The position numbers were made by a program, and so were the translations under genes. This document shows positions 60,392 through 64,000 of a stretch of 64,000 bases of DNA, piece by piece. The notes beneath the pieces were generated by a model that saw only the letters and a list, made by a program, of their open reading frames with translations, was not told the DNA's origin and ran no database searches. The stretch is from Pseudomonadota bacterium (lineage in GTDB: Bacteria; Desulfobacterota; Desulfobacteria; Desulfobacterales; RPRI01). How positions within the stretch are numbered: the first letter of the stretch is position 1; every line of letters starts with the position of its first letter. Location: positions 1 through 64,000 of the forward strand of contig JBDRRF010000076.1 in assembly GCA_043825875.1 (NCBI GenBank), in the 5' to 3' direction.

Positions 60392-61348
60392 TTACATCCT
60401 GATTATTCCCAAAGAATGCAAATAACGCTGTGTAGTTGATATTTGGGTATGACCAAGCAACATCATAAGTTCAAAAAGGGGCTTTCCCTCATTTGCCCAA
60501 ACAGAAGCGCGTCTGTGGCGCAATCCGTGCCAATTCCACTTAGACTGGCCGAGTTCTTCCACTTTGTCCTCTAAGAACCTTGGATAAGCCGTCCACTCCT
60601 TAAATACCTTGCCCTTGCCCTCTGACTTGATAAATTCCGGTCTTGGGACCATTCTTGGTACTTTGTTAGAATTCCGACTTTTACGGGTATAAAGGACAAT
60701 GTAATCATCGTGGACATCCTTGTATTCAAGAGCAATGGCCTCATTGATCCGCGCAGCAGTATAATATACAAAATCTATTAGCACTCCTTGCTCTTGACTG
60801 CTAATAGATTTAACCGCTTCAATCATTTCCTCTGTAGGAATAAATTTGATTTTACTGTCTTCGGGAAGTCTTTTGATGCCGATGCAAGGATTTTTGAATT
60901 CAAAGCCGAGTTGATCGTTGGCGTAGTTAAATGTTGCCTTTAGAACCTTAATAAGTTGGTTAGGGCGAGAATTGCCGAGCTTTTCCCGATTGCAGCGCTT
61001 AATTTCGTTCAGAATTATATCTGATACCATTTTTTTGGTAACTTCCGAAGCAAAGATGTTTCCCCAGGTATTCAAAGCCTGTTTAAGCAGTCTTCGGTTA
61101 TCCCTGTAGTATTCTTTGTTTCTGGTAAGTTCAAGGACATCAAGCCGGTGATCAAAAAGCTCTTTTAGTTTAATGTCAATTTTTGGATTTCTTGCCTGCT
61201 CGTCAATTTCTTCCAGTTTTTTCCTTTCCGCTTTTGAACATTCCTGTCTTGTGTGATAAATCGCCTTGCTAAAATATCTTTGTCCTAAATACTGCCCGGA
61301 ATAAAAAAATCTTATGCCTTTTGATAATTTCCTGCGGTAGCATCCCAT
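60392..61348 (-). CDS. Phage-type tyrosine integrase
   Basis: ARINE, HGLRH, LGH, TTQRY catalytic motifs. Confidence 0.9.
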   Translation of the reverse strand: MGCYRRKLSKGIRFFYSGQYLGQRYFSKAIYHTRQECSKAERKKLEEIDEQARNPKIDIKLKELFDHRLDVLELTRNKEYYRDNRRLLKQALNTWGNIFASEVTKKMVSDIILNEIKRCNREKLGNSRPNQLIKVLKATFNYANDQLGFEFKNPCIGIKRLPEDSKIKFIPTEEMIEAVKSISSQEQGVLIDFVYYTAARINEAIALEYKDVHDDYIVLYTRKSRNSNKVPRMVPRPEFIKSEGKGKVFKEWTAYPRFLEDKVEELGQSKWNWHGLRHRRASVWANEGKPLFELMMLLGHTQISTTQRYLHSLGIIRM

Positions 61349-61489
61349 TTCATCACCTCCTTTGACTTTTAAAATTATTAAGTTTAAAATGAACTATTAT
61401 TTGTGGGCTAATATTGGGTTGAGTAGTGTTCTTTAGTCTTTTTAAAATCAGGGTATAAAATTGAACGGGTCATTATTTGGAGGTATCCA

Positions 61490-61708
61490 ATGAAAGATCT
61501 GTTCATGACGGTTAATGAGGTTGCGGATTGTTTAGGCGTTAATGCCAAGACTATTTATAAATGGTCTAAGACAATTCCAGGCTACATTAAAATCGGTGGT
61601 AATGTCCTTTTTAACCGTCAAACATTCCTGAATGGAACTAAAGGGCTTCAATCAAAGCCTGCGGAAAAGTCAAGCTACGCCGGTGATGACCGGCATAACT
61701 TGACCTGA
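61490..61708 (+). CDS. Excisionase-like HTH protein
   Basis: FMTVNEVADCLGVNAKTIYKW..IP..KIGG; divergent from integrase; hairpin at 61714-61739. Confidence 0.8.
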   Translation: MKDLFMTVNEVADCLGVNAKTIYKWSKTIPGYIKIGGNVLFNRQTFLNGTKGLQSKPAEKSSYAGDDRHNLT

Positions 61709-61819
61709 CACTTGCTCCTGCCCGCTATTGGGTGGGAGCTTCTTTTTCAAGTAAGTGAATTATATAAATCAATAAAAGTGATATATCTTTAAGTTGGTCT
61801 AAAATATCATTTAAAATAT

Positions 61820-62005
61820 TCATTTCTTTTTCCCTCCGAAAATCTGATCAATGATAATTCCACCCCAGCCGGTAGTTGCCTGCTTTACTCCCTCTTTAGC
61901 AATCTCTCCTAAGCCCTTGGCAACTCCTTTAATAATCTTTACTTCTTCCTTTTTCTTTCCACCGTGCTGTTTGATATAAACATCAACATTTTTAAACTTA
62001 GCCAT
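61820..62005 (-). CDS. Small basic hypothetical protein
   Basis: AGGAGG RBS; 61 aa. Confidence 0.6.
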   Translation of the reverse strand: MAKFKNVDVYIKQHGGKKKEEVKIIKGVAKGLGEIAKEGVKQATTGWGGIIIDQIFGGKKK

Positions 62006-62082
62006 TTTGCGCCTCCTGTAAGTTATAGGTTAATCTTGATTATATTTTATATATGTCGCAAATGCTTGTAAATAAACGATAT

Positions 62083-62454
62083 TCAATGATTTTCCTTGAT
62101 TTTCTCCAAAGCTCTTATAGCTTCATCGCAGCCATTGCAAACAAACGCTTCAACATTGGTAATTTTATTTAAAGCGTCTATCCATTCTTTTTGGAACTCT
62201 GAAACACGACCGTTTTTAGTCCGCTTCATTTCAATGAATAACAACTTATCAGGTAGGCAAATAAGCAAATCCGGTAAGCCCGGATTAAGTCCAAGATTTT
62301 TGTTTGTCATCTTTTGTTTCCAGCTAGTTGTATAGGTAGAATTTGGAATTGAAGTAAATTTGTATCCTTTCAACCTCAAGTATTCCACAAAAGCTTTCTG
62401 CTCATTAAATTCGGTGGGAATTAAATTTGGTTTAAAAGTTTTGTAGTAATTCAT
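62083..62454 (-). CDS. VRR-NUC domain nuclease
   Basis: E..EQ, IPN, G...GLPDL, FIEMK, Q..W. Confidence 0.85.
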   Translation of the reverse strand: MNYYKTFKPNLIPTEFNEQKAFVEYLRLKGYKFTSIPNSTYTTSWKQKMTNKNLGLNPGLPDLLICLPDKLLFIEMKRTKNGRVSEFQKEWIDALNKITNVEAFVCNGCDEAIRALEKIKENH

Positions 62455-62633
62455 ATTTTTAAAAAAACAGGAAGTAAAAAACAGTCAAAACGTGGCGTAA
62501 TAACTGCTTACTTCCTGATTTTTGCCACGTTAATTATACTTCTATCTTATCAAATAATTAATAATCTGTCAACCGTATGATATAATAAAATCAGATAGTT
62601 ATTAACTGCTCATTTTAAAAAAGGAGGTGTAAA

Positions 62634-62804
62634 ATGGTTAAAGTCTGTCCTACCTGCAACAACGTAATTACCCGCCCGTCATACTCTGACGACACGAATG
62701 TTTATTTTGTTTGCCCTCATTGCTCTTGTAAAGTAATGGCTCTTAAGGAATTTATGTTAAGTAATGAAATTATTGAAATGGAACACTATGCCGGGCATGC
62801 TTAA
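62634..62804 (+). CDS. 56-aa zinc-ribbon microprotein missing from the ORF track
   Basis: AAGGAGG RBS; MVKVCPTC...VCPHCSC... Confidence 0.7.
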   Translation: MVKVCPTCNNVITRPSYSDDTNVYFVCPHCSCKVMALKEFMLSNEIIEMEHYAGHA

Positions 62805-62815
62805 AGGTGGTTAAA

Positions 62816-62980
62816 ATGGAAGATATACTACTTTACCAAAAACTTTTAGAAGTATGTCTAAGACACGGCGCTGAATTAACCTCTTTTGACGCCAAAACAA
62901 AAAAAATAGGAATAAAATGTAAGTTTGAGTGCATAGAAAATATAAACAAAGAAATATCAGAAATCTTAGATGAAGCCTAA
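62816..62980 (+). CDS. 54-aa hypothetical protein missing from the ORF track
   Basis: AGGTGG RBS; MEDILLYQKLLEVCLRHGAELT...; followed by AAAAGGATAAAC..GTTTATCCTTTT hairpin. Confidence 0.6.
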   Translation: MEDILLYQKLLEVCLRHGAELTSFDAKTKKIGIKCKFECIENINKEISEILDEA

Positions 62981-63262
62981 AAACAAAAGGATAAACGAAA
63001 TATGTTTATCCTTTTTACTTTCAAATAGTTATCCACTTCCAAAAATATTTATTGTATGCTACTATATAGAAGTACTCTATTTTTTAAAAGTTATTCACAC
63101 CTTTTAAAAGAGTTGGCATGGGGAAATGCTACGAGGCAGTTGCTGGAGCTCTGCCTCACTCGTAGGTTAAGAATTTACATATTATAAAAGCTTTCAAACA
63201 AAAACCTTTTTTCTGCAAGGGAGTTCCGAAAGCTCTCCCTTAGAAACAAGGTTTTTGTTTTT

Positions 63263-63458
63263 TAAAAGCTATACAGTGGCGGAATAGCAAAACGCAATTA
63301 AGGACTGAGTAAAAGCGAATGCTCACGTTAACCTTCCCGACGCTCAGAGCAATAGCGCGCTTTATAATATCGGGCAAAACTCAAATGCAGGGTGACTATA
63401 CTATCGTTGCCGAAAGGTGAATGAAACGTTAGGCAAATCCCTGCCTGTATAGCTTTTA
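63263..63458 (+). ncRNA. Putative large tRNA-like structured RNA
   Basis: 14-bp closing stem, TGGCGGAATAG..ACGC D-arm-like segment, GCAGGG/CCCTGC T-stem-like helix with CAAAT. Confidence 0.55.
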
Positions 63459-63854
63459 GCAAATAAATTGTTTCCTAAATCCGGTAAGGAACGGTGGCTG
63501 AATAAGCGGTAATTAGGTTCTAGAACTCAATTACTTTCCTTTCCGGATTTAAAAAGTAAAAAATCGCCAAATTTATTTTGGCGATTCTACAATTCATTTT
63601 TAAGCCCCGGATTATCGACTTAGGGGGTAATAATACTAAGCGGATAGAAATAAGGTTATTAGTTAAATGCCCTTTAAGAAGTTAAAGGTCATCTAACTGA
63701 CCCGACCCTGCCTTATTTCCAGCGTTATGCTTGTTCACTTAAGGGGATAGTGAAATGAGATACATAACTTTAAAAATGATATATATTTATAAAATGCTAA
63801 ACCCTCCCAAGCATTAACAATAACTAACAGGGGAGGGTCAGAATGTAACTAAAA

Positions 63855-64000
63855 TTAGATTAAATTAAATATTAGGATGTCTTTTCCTTTCTGCACTCTC
63901 TCATTTGACCCGGCGGCCATCATCCACATAAATCCGCCGTAGATGAATATGACAAGCGCCAAAGACCCGACAACTCCGAGCACGCCATTTATTATTTGGC
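63855..64000 (-). pseudogene. 3' part of a Patescibacteria-type pilin gene, apparently truncated before its second TM
   Basis: QIINGVLGVVGSLALVIFIYGGFMWMMAAGSNERVQKGKDILIFNLI*. Confidence 0.6.

Larger units (their letters stand above)
60308..64000. mobile_element. Left end of an integrated element/prophage at tRNA-Leu(GAG), continuing beyond the window
   Basis: Integrase converging on tRNA 3' end, divergent xis, phage-type VRR-NUC and small ORFs. Confidence 0.75.

Noticed and set aside
60392..61348. Integrase as the IntI for the attC array
   Set aside because: Over 20 kb away, sits at a tRNA with xis, and shows no sign of the IntI-specific insertion
63263..63458. Canonical tRNA or tmRNA
   Set aside because: No 7-nt anticodon loop, no CCA, no GGGG/G-U alanine acceptor or tag reading frame recognised

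Overview
AT-rich chromosomal window, most likely from a sulfate-reducing Desulfobacterales-like deltaproteobacterium (inferred from gene content). Left to right: (1) a MerR-like HTH/adenylate-cyclase fusion gene divergent from an MSHA-like type IV pilus cluster (3.2-16.3 kb), separated by a 1.1 kb spacer carrying a repeated 15-bp motif and a glucan phosphorylase remnant; (2) a molybdopterin aldehyde oxidoreductase operon with DVU_1553-1558-like partners including a TrsS/Tes-like radical SAM enzyme (17.5-27.4 kb), whose gene junctions carry several small palindromic repeat families; (3) GGDEF and recQ; (4) a co-oriented accessory block (31.5-41.3 kb) with at least five integron attC sites, attI-like sites and two VapBC-type TA pairs but no integron integrase in the window; (5) mixed envelope/redox genes and a 143-bp MITE-like repeat; (6) core kdsA-kdsC-lptCAB-rpoN-hpf-ptsN-rapZ-rimI-tpiA-secG-tRNA-Leu; (7) the left end of a tyrosine-integrase element inserted at tRNA-Leu, carrying xis, VRR-NUC, two tiny ORFs, a ~700-bp structured non-coding tract with a large tRNA-like fold, and a truncated Patescibacteria-type pilin. 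All calls are by eye; no searches were run.
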